From NCBI GenBank assembly GCA_964575135.1, contig CAZNQX010000002.1, forward strand, positions 1,091-44,864: a DNA stretch of 43,774 nucleotides, read 5' to 3'. The first letter of the stretch is position 1. Each line of letters begins with the position of its first letter. The notes beneath the pieces were generated by a model. It searched no databases. It saw only the letters and a program-made list of their open reading frames with translations, and was not told where the DNA came from. Made by a program: the position numbers and the translations under genes. This DNA is from an uncultured Planctomycetaceae bacterium. GTDB taxonomy: Bacteria; Planctomycetota; Planctomycetia; Planctomycetales; Planctomycetaceae. Below, piece by piece: positions 33,400-41,985 of the stretch.

Positions 33400-35946
33400 A
33401 TGCCCGAGGAACGCGGCTACTGGGGAATCGAGATCGGTCAGGCCGGCCTCAAGGCGCTGCGGTTGCAGCCGGTCGAAGGGGCCGGCAAAGCCGTCGCCAC
33501 CAACTTCGATTATGTTCCGCACGCCAAGATCCTCAGCCAGCCGGACGCCGTCCCGGAGGAACTGGTGGCCTCGGCGATCGACACGTTCCTGTCGCGGAAC
33601 GATCTACGGGGCGATTCGATTTCGATCAGCGTGCCGGGACAAAGTGCGCTGGCCCGCTTCATTCAGTTGCCGCCCGTCGAGCAGAGCAAGGTCCACCAGA
33701 TCGTGCTCTACGAGGCCAAGCAACAGATCCCGTTTCCGCTCGAAGACGTGATCTGGGATTACCAGACACTCGGCGGCGGCTCCGAGGAAAGTGGCTATCT
33801 GCTTGAAGCCGAGGTCGGTCTGTTCGCGATGAAACGCGACCTCGTCATGCAGCAGTTGCAGCCCTTCGCCGACCGCAAAGTCGAAGTCGACGTCATTCAG
33901 GTCGCTCCGCTGTGTCTGTTCAACTTCCTGTGCTACGACCGGCTCAAGATCCGGCCCGAGGAACCGTTCACCCCCAATGACGACCATATCGTCATCTGCG
34001 AAATGGGAACGGATAACACGATCCTCGTCGTCACCAACGGCGCGAAGATCTGGATTCGCAACGTGCCGATCGGCGGAAATCATTTCACGCGGGCACTGGT
34101 GAAGGACATGAAATTGACCTTCGCCAAGGCCGAGCACCTCAAGTGCAACGCCACGAAAAGCCCCGATCCCAAGGCGGTCTTCCAGGCGATGCGGCCGGTC
34201 TTCAACGACTACGTCGCCGAGATCCAGCGTTCGGTCGGTTACTTCGCCAGCGTGAATCGCAGTGCGAAAATCACGAAAGTGCTCGGCGTCGGCAACGGCT
34301 TCAAACTCGCCGGGCTTCAGAAATTCCTCCAGCAGAACCTGCAATACCCGGTCGAGCGCGTCGAACGGTTTGAAAGCCTGGTCGGCGAGAAGGTGCTCTC
34401 CGATGCGGTGTTCCACGAGAACATCCTCGGTTTCGTCGTGCCCTACGGCCTGGCGGTGCAGGCGATGGGCCAGACGACGACGAAAACGACGCTCCTGCCG
34501 CCGGAGATCGCAACCGCTCGCAAGATTCGCGGCAAGAAGCCGTGGGCGGTACTCACCGCCGCCGGGCTGCTGGGCATGTTCGCACTGAGCGCTTTCGGCT
34601 ACGGGAACGTCGGGCGGAGCGTCAGCGAAGCCAGGTTCGGCGACGCCGAACAGGCCGTCGAATCCTGGAACGGCACGGCGTCGACCTTCCAGTCGCGCTA
34701 TAGCGGCGTCAAAAGCGAAATTGCCGAGATTCAAAACAGGGCCAACGGCCTGATCGGCGACGTGAGTACGCGGAGCCTCTGGCTCGAATTGATGCGGGCG
34801 GTCAACGAGTGCCTGCCTCGCGACACCGCCGAAACGATCGATGCCGAAGACCCCACCAAGCATCGGCGCATTCGGATCACGTCGCTGACCACCCGGAAAG
34901 TGCCCGATCCCGCGATCTGGTTCAACACGCTTTCGCCAAGCGCGAAGGGCTACCTCGCTCCCTACGACCAGACCGCACCCGCCGCGACCCCCGAGACGGC
35001 CGCGGCCGCTTCCGACGGAGCCGGCACACCCGCCCCGCCGGAATGGTATGTCGTCACACTCGTCGGCAACCACATCCACCACAGCGGCGAGCAGTACACA
35101 CAGCGCGGCATCGGCTTCGTCGCCGATACACTGCTCAGAAACCTCCAGCAGTGGAACGTGCAGCAAGACGGCTCGATCGGCGCGATTCCCGTCGGGAAAA
35201 TGGGGATCAGTCATGCGACGGTGATCCAGAACGACACCGTTCCGGTTCTTGATCCTCGCAACTTCACCGAACTCGACCTGGACGATTCCAATCCGTTCGG
35301 GCAGCGGTTTGGCAGCGGCGGTCGAGGGGGAGCGGGGGCCGGCTACGCTCCTGGCGAAATGATGGAAGATTACGCCCCGCCGGAAATGGCCCCCGGTCCG
35401 GGAGGTGGTCATGGTGGTCCGATGGGCAACGGCGGCTCCTTTGGTGCCCGGAGGCCACAGATCGACCGCCGGACTCTGGAAAACCTGGAAAACCTGACCC
35501 GCCAGAGCCAGGACGGCGAATTGCCGTACCCCGAGATTGAACTCACAACGTTTACGGTCCAGTTCCTCTGGAATCCGATCCGGCCGGAACAACGCACCGA
35601 GACCCGACCGGTTGCCAGTGCCGAGGGCGAGACGCCGGATGACTCGATGACCGCGCCGCAAGACCCCACCGCGGCAGACCCGGCGGCCACGCCGGCACCG
35701 GGAATGCCGGCACCAGGATCACCACCGATGACGAACGATACGCCGGCTCCCGGGGCGCAAATGGCTGAGCCGGCCCCCGGCGCCCCGGCCGAATCGACTC
35801 CCCAGTCGCCGATGCCGACGCCTCCTGAGGGAGGATCTGCAGCACCGGCGGCCCCCGGACAACCACCGTCCGACGCACCAGCACCGAATGCGGCAGCACC
35901 CGGTGCGCCGGATCCGGCGGCGGGCGGACCACCAGCCGCTCCTTGA
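33400..35946 (+). CDS. pilM: PilM-PilN fusion: actin-like PilM ATPase-fold domain, PilN-type linker and TM helix, then a large extracytoplasmic region with Gly- and Pro-rich tracts
   Basis: ORF 33391..35946 (GTG in the track). I prefer the ATG at 33400. The PilM-like part contains YWGIEIGQAGLKAL, VICEMGTDNTILVV, NVPIGGNHFT and GVGNGFKLAGL. It is followed by TLLPPE (34489-34506, compare INLLP of PilN) and the TM helix WAVLTAAGLLGMFALSAFGY. The C-terminal ~130 aa is Pro/Ala-rich. Confidence 0.85.
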   Translation: MPEERGYWGIEIGQAGLKALRLQPVEGAGKAVATNFDYVPHAKILSQPDAVPEELVASAIDTFLSRNDLRGDSISISVPGQSALARFIQLPPVEQSKVHQIVLYEAKQQIPFPLEDVIWDYQTLGGGSEESGYLLEAEVGLFAMKRDLVMQQLQPFADRKVEVDVIQVAPLCLFNFLCYDRLKIRPEEPFTPNDDHIVICEMGTDNTILVVTNGAKIWIRNVPIGGNHFTRALVKDMKLTFAKAEHLKCNATKSPDPKAVFQAMRPVFNDYVAEIQRSVGYFASVNRSAKITKVLGVGNGFKLAGLQKFLQQNLQYPVERVERFESLVGEKVLSDAVFHENILGFVVPYGLAVQAMGQTTTKTTLLPPEIATARKIRGKKPWAVLTAAGLLGMFALSAFGYGNVGRSVSEARFGDAEQAVESWNGTASTFQSRYSGVKSEIAEIQNRANGLIGDVSTRSLWLELMRAVNECLPRDTAETIDAEDPTKHRRIRITSLTTRKVPDPAIWFNTLSPSAKGYLAPYDQTAPAATPETAAAASDGAGTPAPPEWYVVTLVGNHIHHSGEQYTQRGIGFVADTLLRNLQQWNVQQDGSIGAIPVGKMGISHATVIQNDTVPVLDPRNFTELDLDDSNPFGQRFGSGGRGGAGAGYAPGEMMEDYAPPEMAPGPGGGHGGPMGNGGSFGARRPQIDRRTLENLENLTRQSQDGELPYPEIELTTFTVQFLWNPIRPEQRTETRPVASAEGETPDDSMTAPQDPTAADPAATPAPGMPAPGSPPMTNDTPAPGAQMAEPAPGAPAESTPQSPMPTPPEGGSAAPAAPGQPPSDAPAPNAAAPGAPDPAAGGPPAAP

Positions 35947-36021
35947 GACCCTCAGTCGAACGAAATCGCTGCCTGAGACACGCGAAACAACCGACCAATC
36001 CTGCATGCAGGAAGTGCTGCG

Positions 36022-38058
36022 ATGGATAAGCTCAAACCGCTGCTGACCCATAAGTTCTGGATCCTGTCGTTCGTTGCCCTGATCGTGGTGACGGTTGGCT
36101 GGTATCTGGGCACCGGTGCGCAGGCGGCGGCGATTCAGGCCCGCATCGACAAGCTCAACGGCTTGTCACCCACGGCCGGGGGGACGACGCCGAACGACGA
36201 CTGGATCGAGAAGGCCACGGCCGTGAAGGACCAGAACGCGGTCAAGGTTCAGGATGCGGCCGCCTACCTCTGGGAGCACCAGAAGGGCAACATGGTCTGG
36301 CCTCGGCAGATGCGGGAATACGTTCAGGACAAGACGTTCGACTCGGAGCTGGAAAATCAGGCCAAAGAGACCTATCGGCGTCATTTTGCAGCGGAGGTCG
36401 AGCGCCTGGGAGAGGTGGTCGATCCATACGACAGGAACGATCGCAGTATGCGCTGGGAAGGCGCGGTTGTGCTGCAACGGGAAACATTGCCGCTCGTTGA
36501 CCCGTCGATCTGGCAGGGAACGCCGCCGTCGAGCAAAGAGATCTGGTATCTCCAGGAAGACGTCTGGTTGCTGGAAGCCCTGCTGCAATCGGTCCGCGAC
36601 GTCAACGACCGGGCCGGGGCCGACTCGAACATCATCAAGGCGCCGATCAAGCAGATCTCGCTGATCGAACTGCGTGGCGGCGATCGGGCCGCTCTGGCTG
36701 CCGCGGGTGCTGCCGGCGGCATGGCGGCAGGCGGAATGGGCAGTGAAATGGACGCCGAAGGCTACGCCCCGCCCGGCGGTGGTATGTTCAGCGAGATGCA
36801 CGCCGGCGGCGGAGGCGGCTTTGGAATGGGTTCCGGGATGGGCGGCGGAATGGGCGGCGTCGCGGCCGGGACGGATTTCAACATGGACGAAGAGGTCGGA
36901 CCGGCGACGCTTGCGGCTGTCGGTGCAATGGGTTCGATGGAGGGGGAAGCAGCCGACCCGTATGCCGTGCCGGGCGAGGCTGGCGGCGGTGGCTATATCC
37001 CCCCCGCGGACATGGGCGGCGGGATGGGGAGCGCAAACCGGAATCCCCTGCTCGATCAGAAACGCTATGTCGACGACGGCCCGGAACTGCCGTACAAAAC
37101 GCGCGCCTTCAAGCTGTCAGTCGTCATGGACCACCGGCAGATCCCTGAGTTCCTCGTTGAACTCACAAACTCTCCCTTCCCCGTCAATATCGAACGTGCT
37201 CATTGGGCCGAGATGAACCCGGATCCGCGATACGCAGGTCGGGGTCGCGGTTACGGCGGGGGCATGGAGGGGACCGACGGTTACGCGCCTCCCGGTTTTG
37301 GCGGATCGCGCGGGTCGAGGCCTGGTTCCCGCGGCGGCTTTGGCTCACCCATGGGCCTCGGTCACTCTGCGCCGGGACTGAGCAACCCGATGAGCCACGG
37401 TGGTTTCGGCAGCAGCCCGATGGGCAGCGGCCGCCGCAATCCAATGGGCAGCGGGTTCGGCCGCTCGCCGATGGGGGGTGGCATGTTGCCTGGAATGGAC
37501 GGCATGGACGAATACGACGGTATGGGGGGATTTGGCGGCATGGGGAGACAGCGCGGAAACGACCCCTACAGTCAGGCGATGTCCGATCCTTTCCTGGCCG
37601 AGGTCGTCGTCGGCGGCGTCATGACGCTCTACCGATCGCCCCAGGACGTGCAGGCATCGGTGGACGAGGCCGAAGCCGGCACAGGCACCGCGACGGCTCC
37701 CACAGACGCGACGGCTCCCGACGCGGCAGCCTCCGGAATGACGCCGATGAACGGGCCCGGACCAATGGGTACGCCGTCACCGGTGGATCCGGACTCGCCT
37801 CCAGTCACTCCGTCGGCTGCCGAGTCGCTCACTCCTCCGGCAGACGAGACGTTGCCGGAGGATGGCTCCGGACTGCCGGAGGAAGCGGCAGCAGATTCGG
37901 ATGCTTCGGCAACTCCCAATCCGTCGGCACCACCGCCAGCGAACGGCGTTACGGCGCCACCGCCAGCGAACGACGTTACGGCGCCTCCGGCCGAGAGCGG
38001 TGGAGTGGATCCTGAGTCGCCACCGCCTGCGGATGCCGGCAGTGGCCCACCGCTGTAA
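36022..38058 (+). CDS. Hypothetical 678-aa single-pass membrane protein with Gly/Met-rich tracts and a Pro/Ala/Asp-rich tail
   Basis: ORF 36022..38058. It has an N-terminal anchor FWILSFVALIVVTVGWYLGTG preceded by Lys residues. Ordered-looking segments (WYLQEDVWLLEALLQSV, RAFKLSVVMDHRQIPEFLVELTNSPFPVNIE, FLAEVVVGGVMTLY) are separated by long G/M/F/Y low-complexity stretches. Confidence 0.8.
   Translation: MDKLKPLLTHKFWILSFVALIVVTVGWYLGTGAQAAAIQARIDKLNGLSPTAGGTTPNDDWIEKATAVKDQNAVKVQDAAAYLWEHQKGNMVWPRQMREYVQDKTFDSELENQAKETYRRHFAAEVERLGEVVDPYDRNDRSMRWEGAVVLQRETLPLVDPSIWQGTPPSSKEIWYLQEDVWLLEALLQSVRDVNDRAGADSNIIKAPIKQISLIELRGGDRAALAAAGAAGGMAAGGMGSEMDAEGYAPPGGGMFSEMHAGGGGGFGMGSGMGGGMGGVAAGTDFNMDEEVGPATLAAVGAMGSMEGEAADPYAVPGEAGGGGYIPPADMGGGMGSANRNPLLDQKRYVDDGPELPYKTRAFKLSVVMDHRQIPEFLVELTNSPFPVNIERAHWAEMNPDPRYAGRGRGYGGGMEGTDGYAPPGFGGSRGSRPGSRGGFGSPMGLGHSAPGLSNPMSHGGFGSSPMGSGRRNPMGSGFGRSPMGGGMLPGMDGMDEYDGMGGFGGMGRQRGNDPYSQAMSDPFLAEVVVGGVMTLYRSPQDVQASVDEAEAGTGTATAPTDATAPDAAASGMTPMNGPGPMGTPSPVDPDSPPVTPSAAESLTPPADETLPEDGSGLPEEAAADSDASATPNPSAPPPANGVTAPPPANDVTAPPAESGGVDPESPPPADAGSGPPL
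37931..37984. repeat. 27-bp in-frame tandem duplication (1 mismatch) in the tail of the 678-aa protein
   Basis: caccgccagcgaacggcgttacggcgc followed by caccgccagcgaacgacgttacggcgc. This encodes PPPANGVTA / PPPANDVTA. Confidence 0.9.
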
Positions 38059-38180
38059 GCTGAGAAATGGTACGATGAGAACACGACCTTCGAGACGAAA
38101 TTGCTGAACATCGATCGACCCTCGATCACCAATCCACAATCCCAGTCAATTCGGAACCCGTTCCGACCCGGGAGCCGGCC

Positions 38181-40481
38181 ATGAAACTTTCTCCTTCCGG
38201 CATGAAAAACATGAACTGGAAGCAGTTTTTCGTCGATCACGGCGAGAAACTCTTCTTGGGCGTCGTGGCTCTGCTCGGCTTGGTGGCTCTCGGGTTGACC
38301 CGGTGGGCTCCTTATTCCGAGAAGTCGCCATACGAACTGCAGCAGGCGGTGGCGCAGGCTGAAGTCGACCATCAGAACAGCACCTGGCCCGAAGCCGAGC
38401 GCGAGGAGTTGACGTCCAGCGATGATATCTACGCGAAAGCGCAGCAGTTGCTGTCACCGCTGGAAGACTCGCGTTACGTCTTCAGTCGGACGTTGCGGGA
38501 GATCTTCCCCCCGATCGTGCCGCAGAAGCAGCCGCTTGAAGAGCCGCGCTGGTATCCCGTGCAGCGGTTGATCGCCGACGCGAGTACGGTGCTTTACGCA
38601 AAAGCCCCCTCGATGGATGCCCTGCTGGCGGCGGCCGAGGCCGAGGAGGCGGCAGCAGAGGAAGAATCGCAGTCGGGCACCCAGAGCACCGGCCCCGGCC
38701 CGAGAGGGATCGACACCGGGGCGTTCACACCGTCCGCGGCGCGACGTTCTCAGGGATTGCCTGGATTCGGACCGGGGGAAGGAATGGCGGAAGGTTACGT
38801 CCCACCGGGGGGGGGCGAGGAAGCGACCGCCGCCGGGCGCGGAAGAGGCTCGGCTCGCGGTAGCCGCCGGGGGAGTGCACGAGGTGGTTCCGGCGGTCCG
38901 GCTGGTGGCCACGGCGGAGGCGGATCGGGTGCGATGCCGGGGGCAGACTTCTACGGCGGTGAATACGCCGGCGAGTACGGCAGCGGAATGATGGGTGGCT
39001 ACGGGATGGCTGGCCCGATCGAGGCCGAAGCAAAACGGTTTGTCTCGGTCCGCGGCGTCTTCCCGATCAAAGATCAGGAAACGGCTCTCGCGCGGGCGTT
39101 GGGTGCCCAGTCCGCTGCCCAAGTCGTCAATGCGCTGCAGTTCGAGGACTTCGAACTGCAACGTCAGACCGCCGTGCAGGGGAGGAACCCCTGGTCGGGC
39201 CCTTGGGAGGCGGTGGACCATCAGATCGCAATCGACGTGCTCAGCGAACAGGCGAACTTTTCCGCCGACATCGTGGATCAGTCGGTCACCAACGCCGTTT
39301 TCACTATGCCGCTGCCCAACCGGCTCATGGGCGAATGGCAGGAAAGCACCGCCAGCCATCCTGCGCTGACGCAGTTCGAATTGACCGAGGACGCCAGGAA
39401 GCAACAACTCTGGCTCCAGACGAAGATCGCCGAGTATGCCGAGTTGATGAAAGAGCAGGAGGCGGCCCGGCCGCAACCGGGTGGTTTCGCCGCGCTGACC
39501 TACGACACGCGGCAGATTGGCAGCATGATGGCGATGGACTCGGGCTACATGACCGATATGGCCTCTGAGTACTCCGAATACAGCGGGGGGGGAGGATTCG
39601 GTATGTCCCGGCCAACGGCCCGCGGAGCGCGGCGTCAAACCGGCCTCGACAAAATTAAGCCGGAAGACATCAAGAACATGCTCACCGCGAGCGGTACGTA
39701 TTTGCTGTTCCGATATCTCGACTTCGACGTCGAACCGGGGAATGCCTACCGGTATCGAGTCCGCCTGAAAGTTCAGAATCCGAACTTCGGTCGCGATCCG
39801 GGCGAGGCGACCGCTCACAGCGTCGTCGAGGGCGCCAGTCGGATGACTCCCTGGAGTGAACCAACGCCCGTGGCGATCGTTCCGGACGATACCCGGCACT
39901 TCCTGGTCGAGATCGAGCGGCCCGTCTCGAATCAGGCCGATCGGGCCTTGTTCGAGTTGTTCCAGTGGTCTCGCGAATTCGGAACCTACGTTCGTGAATT
40001 TCTCGCGGTCGAGCGGGGGCAGTTTGTGGGAGGAACGACGGAGACCCCGGTGATCGATCCGGCGGGCGGCACCTTCGAGGAACAAAAATTCACGTTCACC
40101 TCGAACGAGGCGCTGGTCGACATCAATCGCAACGGCATGTTCGTCGCGGGACGGACGGAACTGGGGGTCTCCGACCGGAGGTTCCAGATTCCGGCACAAG
40201 TGCTGACCGTCAACGATTGGGGCGGTCTGGAAGTTCAGGATCCGGTCAGTACCCGAGGAAATCGCGTGGCTTGGGAGAACTGGATGGCCGGCGTTGCCAG
40301 CAGCTTCGATTATCTGAAACAACAAACGGTCGCGACCGGTGAAGCTGGCATGGAATACATGGAAGAGGGAATGTACGACGCTGAGATGACCCGCGGCTCC
40401 CGCGGCTCGGGACCGGCCAGCCCGCTTCGCCGGGGCCGTGGACGCGGCGCCGCTGGATCGTTTTCCGGCAGTATGCCCTGA
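38181..40481 (+). CDS. Hypothetical 766-aa single-pass membrane protein with RG/GY/GM-rich tracts and a beta-rich C-terminal domain
   Basis: ORF 38181..40481; alternative ATGs at 38202 and 38211. It has the anchor LFLGVVALLGLVALGL and low-complexity tracts (RGRGSARGSRRGSARGG, YGGEYAGEYGSGMMGGYGMAG). Ordered-looking parts include FVSVRGVFPIKDQE and TYLLFRYLDFDVEPGNAYRYRVRLKVQNPNF. Confidence 0.8.
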   Translation: MKLSPSGMKNMNWKQFFVDHGEKLFLGVVALLGLVALGLTRWAPYSEKSPYELQQAVAQAEVDHQNSTWPEAEREELTSSDDIYAKAQQLLSPLEDSRYVFSRTLREIFPPIVPQKQPLEEPRWYPVQRLIADASTVLYAKAPSMDALLAAAEAEEAAAEEESQSGTQSTGPGPRGIDTGAFTPSAARRSQGLPGFGPGEGMAEGYVPPGGGEEATAAGRGRGSARGSRRGSARGGSGGPAGGHGGGGSGAMPGADFYGGEYAGEYGSGMMGGYGMAGPIEAEAKRFVSVRGVFPIKDQETALARALGAQSAAQVVNALQFEDFELQRQTAVQGRNPWSGPWEAVDHQIAIDVLSEQANFSADIVDQSVTNAVFTMPLPNRLMGEWQESTASHPALTQFELTEDARKQQLWLQTKIAEYAELMKEQEAARPQPGGFAALTYDTRQIGSMMAMDSGYMTDMASEYSEYSGGGGFGMSRPTARGARRQTGLDKIKPEDIKNMLTASGTYLLFRYLDFDVEPGNAYRYRVRLKVQNPNFGRDPGEATAHSVVEGASRMTPWSEPTPVAIVPDDTRHFLVEIERPVSNQADRALFELFQWSREFGTYVREFLAVERGQFVGGTTETPVIDPAGGTFEEQKFTFTSNEALVDINRNGMFVAGRTELGVSDRRFQIPAQVLTVNDWGGLEVQDPVSTRGNRVAWENWMAGVASSFDYLKQQTVATGEAGMEYMEEGMYDAEMTRGSRGSGPASPLRRGRGRGAAGSFSGSMP

Positions 40482-40541
40482 TGATCAATGTGCCCTGAAT
40501 TGCAGCAATCAGCGGGGCGACGGCTCGGTGACATTGGAATC

Positions 40542-40577
40542 GAGGGTCGCGAAAGCCACACCGCTTTCGCGACCCTC
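40542..40577. terminator. Perfect 15-bp-stem hairpin between convergent genes (candidate bidirectional terminator)
   Basis: gagggtcgcgaaagc / cacacc / gctttcgcgaccctc. It lies 60 nt after the stop of the 766-aa gene and 5 nt after the folC stop on the other strand. Confidence 0.65.
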
Positions 40578-40582
40578 GTTGC

Positions 40583-41908
40583 TCAGGAAACAATCAAGCG
40601 GCGAATCTCCGCCGCGAGGAAGAATGACCCTGTCGCACAGATGAGCGATTTTGGGTCGGCAATCCGTCGACAGAACTGAAACGCTTCCTCCGACCTGGCG
40701 AACAGGTGCGCCGGGCTATCGCTCACGCCGCGCCAGATTCGCTGCAAATCTTCCGGACAGAGAGACCGGGGATTCGTGCGGAATGTGGTGAGCACCACCG
40801 AGTCGAACACCGGGGCGAGTCGTCTCAGCATTCCCGGCACGTCTTTCTCGCGGCTTCCCGCGAAGAGCAGGATACGCCGGTCGCAGCGAAAGTCCTCCGC
40901 GAGCGTTCGCACCAATGCACCGACCGAAGCCCAGTTATGGGCTGCATCGAGAACAATCGTCGGACGGTGCGACACCACTTCGATGCGTGCCGGCCATTTC
41001 AGGCCGTTCCAGCCGGCCGCGACGTCTTTGACGGAAATCCGATGGCCCTGTCGTGTCAGTTCGTCGATCACGTGAAGCACCACCGCCGCGTTCTCGGCTT
41101 GATGGCGGCCGGGCAGCGGTATCGGGAGCGGTCCCCAGGCTTGTCCTTCGGCATATGCCGTCACCATCCTGTCGCGACCACTCACCGGTTCATCGATGCG
41201 ATAGCGGTCCGGCACTTCGATCAGGGGTGCACCCTGCTCGCGACAGACGGCACGGATCACGGTCGCGGCCTCAGGATCAGTCACGCCTGACACGCAGGGA
41301 ACGGCCTCCTTGACGATGCCGGCTTTCTCGAAGGCGATCGCCGCCGGCGTCTCACCGAGCAAGGCGGTGTGATCGCGGCTGACGTTCGTGACGGCGACGA
41401 CGATCGGCCGGCAGACGTTCGTCGCATCCAGCCGTCCCCCCAGTCCGACTTCGAGCACGGCGATCTCGACACCTCGACGGGCAAAAAACTCCCATGCCAT
41501 CGCCGTGGCGGCCTCGAAGTAGGTGATCGCGAAATCGGCATCCGACGCCTCCAGCTCGAACACACATTCCGCGACGCGATTGGCCACGGCCACGAACTCG
41601 TCGGCGGTGGGCGTCGCACCATTCACCTGCATCCGCTCTTCGAATCGCTCCAGATGCGGCGAGGTATAGAGTCCGGTGCGAAGGCCCACGGCCGCGAGAG
41701 CCGCCGCGGTCATCACGGCCGTCGAGCCTTTTCCCTTCGTGCCGGCGATATGAACGGCGGGAATCTGCTCCTGGGGATTGCCGAGCAGCGACAGCAATCG
41801 TCGCATTCGATCAAGTCGGAACGCATGCCGGTCGGCGAGCGCCGGGTTTCGCTCATAATTGATGCGACCGAGCAGATAGGCGACCGCGGCGTCGTAATTG
41901 GGAATCAT
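40583..41908 (-). CDS. folC: Bifunctional folylpolyglutamate synthase / dihydrofolate synthase
   Basis: ORF 40583..41944. I prefer the ATG at 41908 (MIPNYDAAVAYL). It contains HIAGTKGKGST (P-loop), TSPHLERFEER and VLEVGLGGRLDATN. Confidence 0.9.
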   Translation of the reverse strand: MIPNYDAAVAYLLGRINYERNPALADRHAFRLDRMRRLLSLLGNPQEQIPAVHIAGTKGKGSTAVMTAAALAAVGLRTGLYTSPHLERFEERMQVNGATPTADEFVAVANRVAECVFELEASDADFAITYFEAATAMAWEFFARRGVEIAVLEVGLGGRLDATNVCRPIVVAVTNVSRDHTALLGETPAAIAFEKAGIVKEAVPCVSGVTDPEAATVIRAVCREQGAPLIEVPDRYRIDEPVSGRDRMVTAYAEGQAWGPLPIPLPGRHQAENAAVVLHVIDELTRQGHRISVKDVAAGWNGLKWPARIEVVSHRPTIVLDAAHNWASVGALVRTLAEDFRCDRRILLFAGSREKDVPGMLRRLAPVFDSVVLTTFRTNPRSLCPEDLQRIWRGVSDSPAHLFARSEEAFQFCRRIADPKSLICATGSFFLAAEIRRLIVS

Positions 41909-41985
41909 CCGGTGGGTTGAACCCGAGGGAGGCGGTCCGCACAATTGCGAGTCGGAATCGAACAGGTCACGCGAGGCGAACGGCG

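Noticed and set aside
33604-35661. 685-aa ORF antisense to the PilM-PilN fusion gene, and a 623-aa ORF (38454-40325) antisense to the 766-aa gene.
   Set aside because: The same reasoning applies. The sense strands carry recognisable PilM motifs, TM anchors and coding-like third-position bias. The antisense products are low-complexity Arg/Gly/Pro strings.
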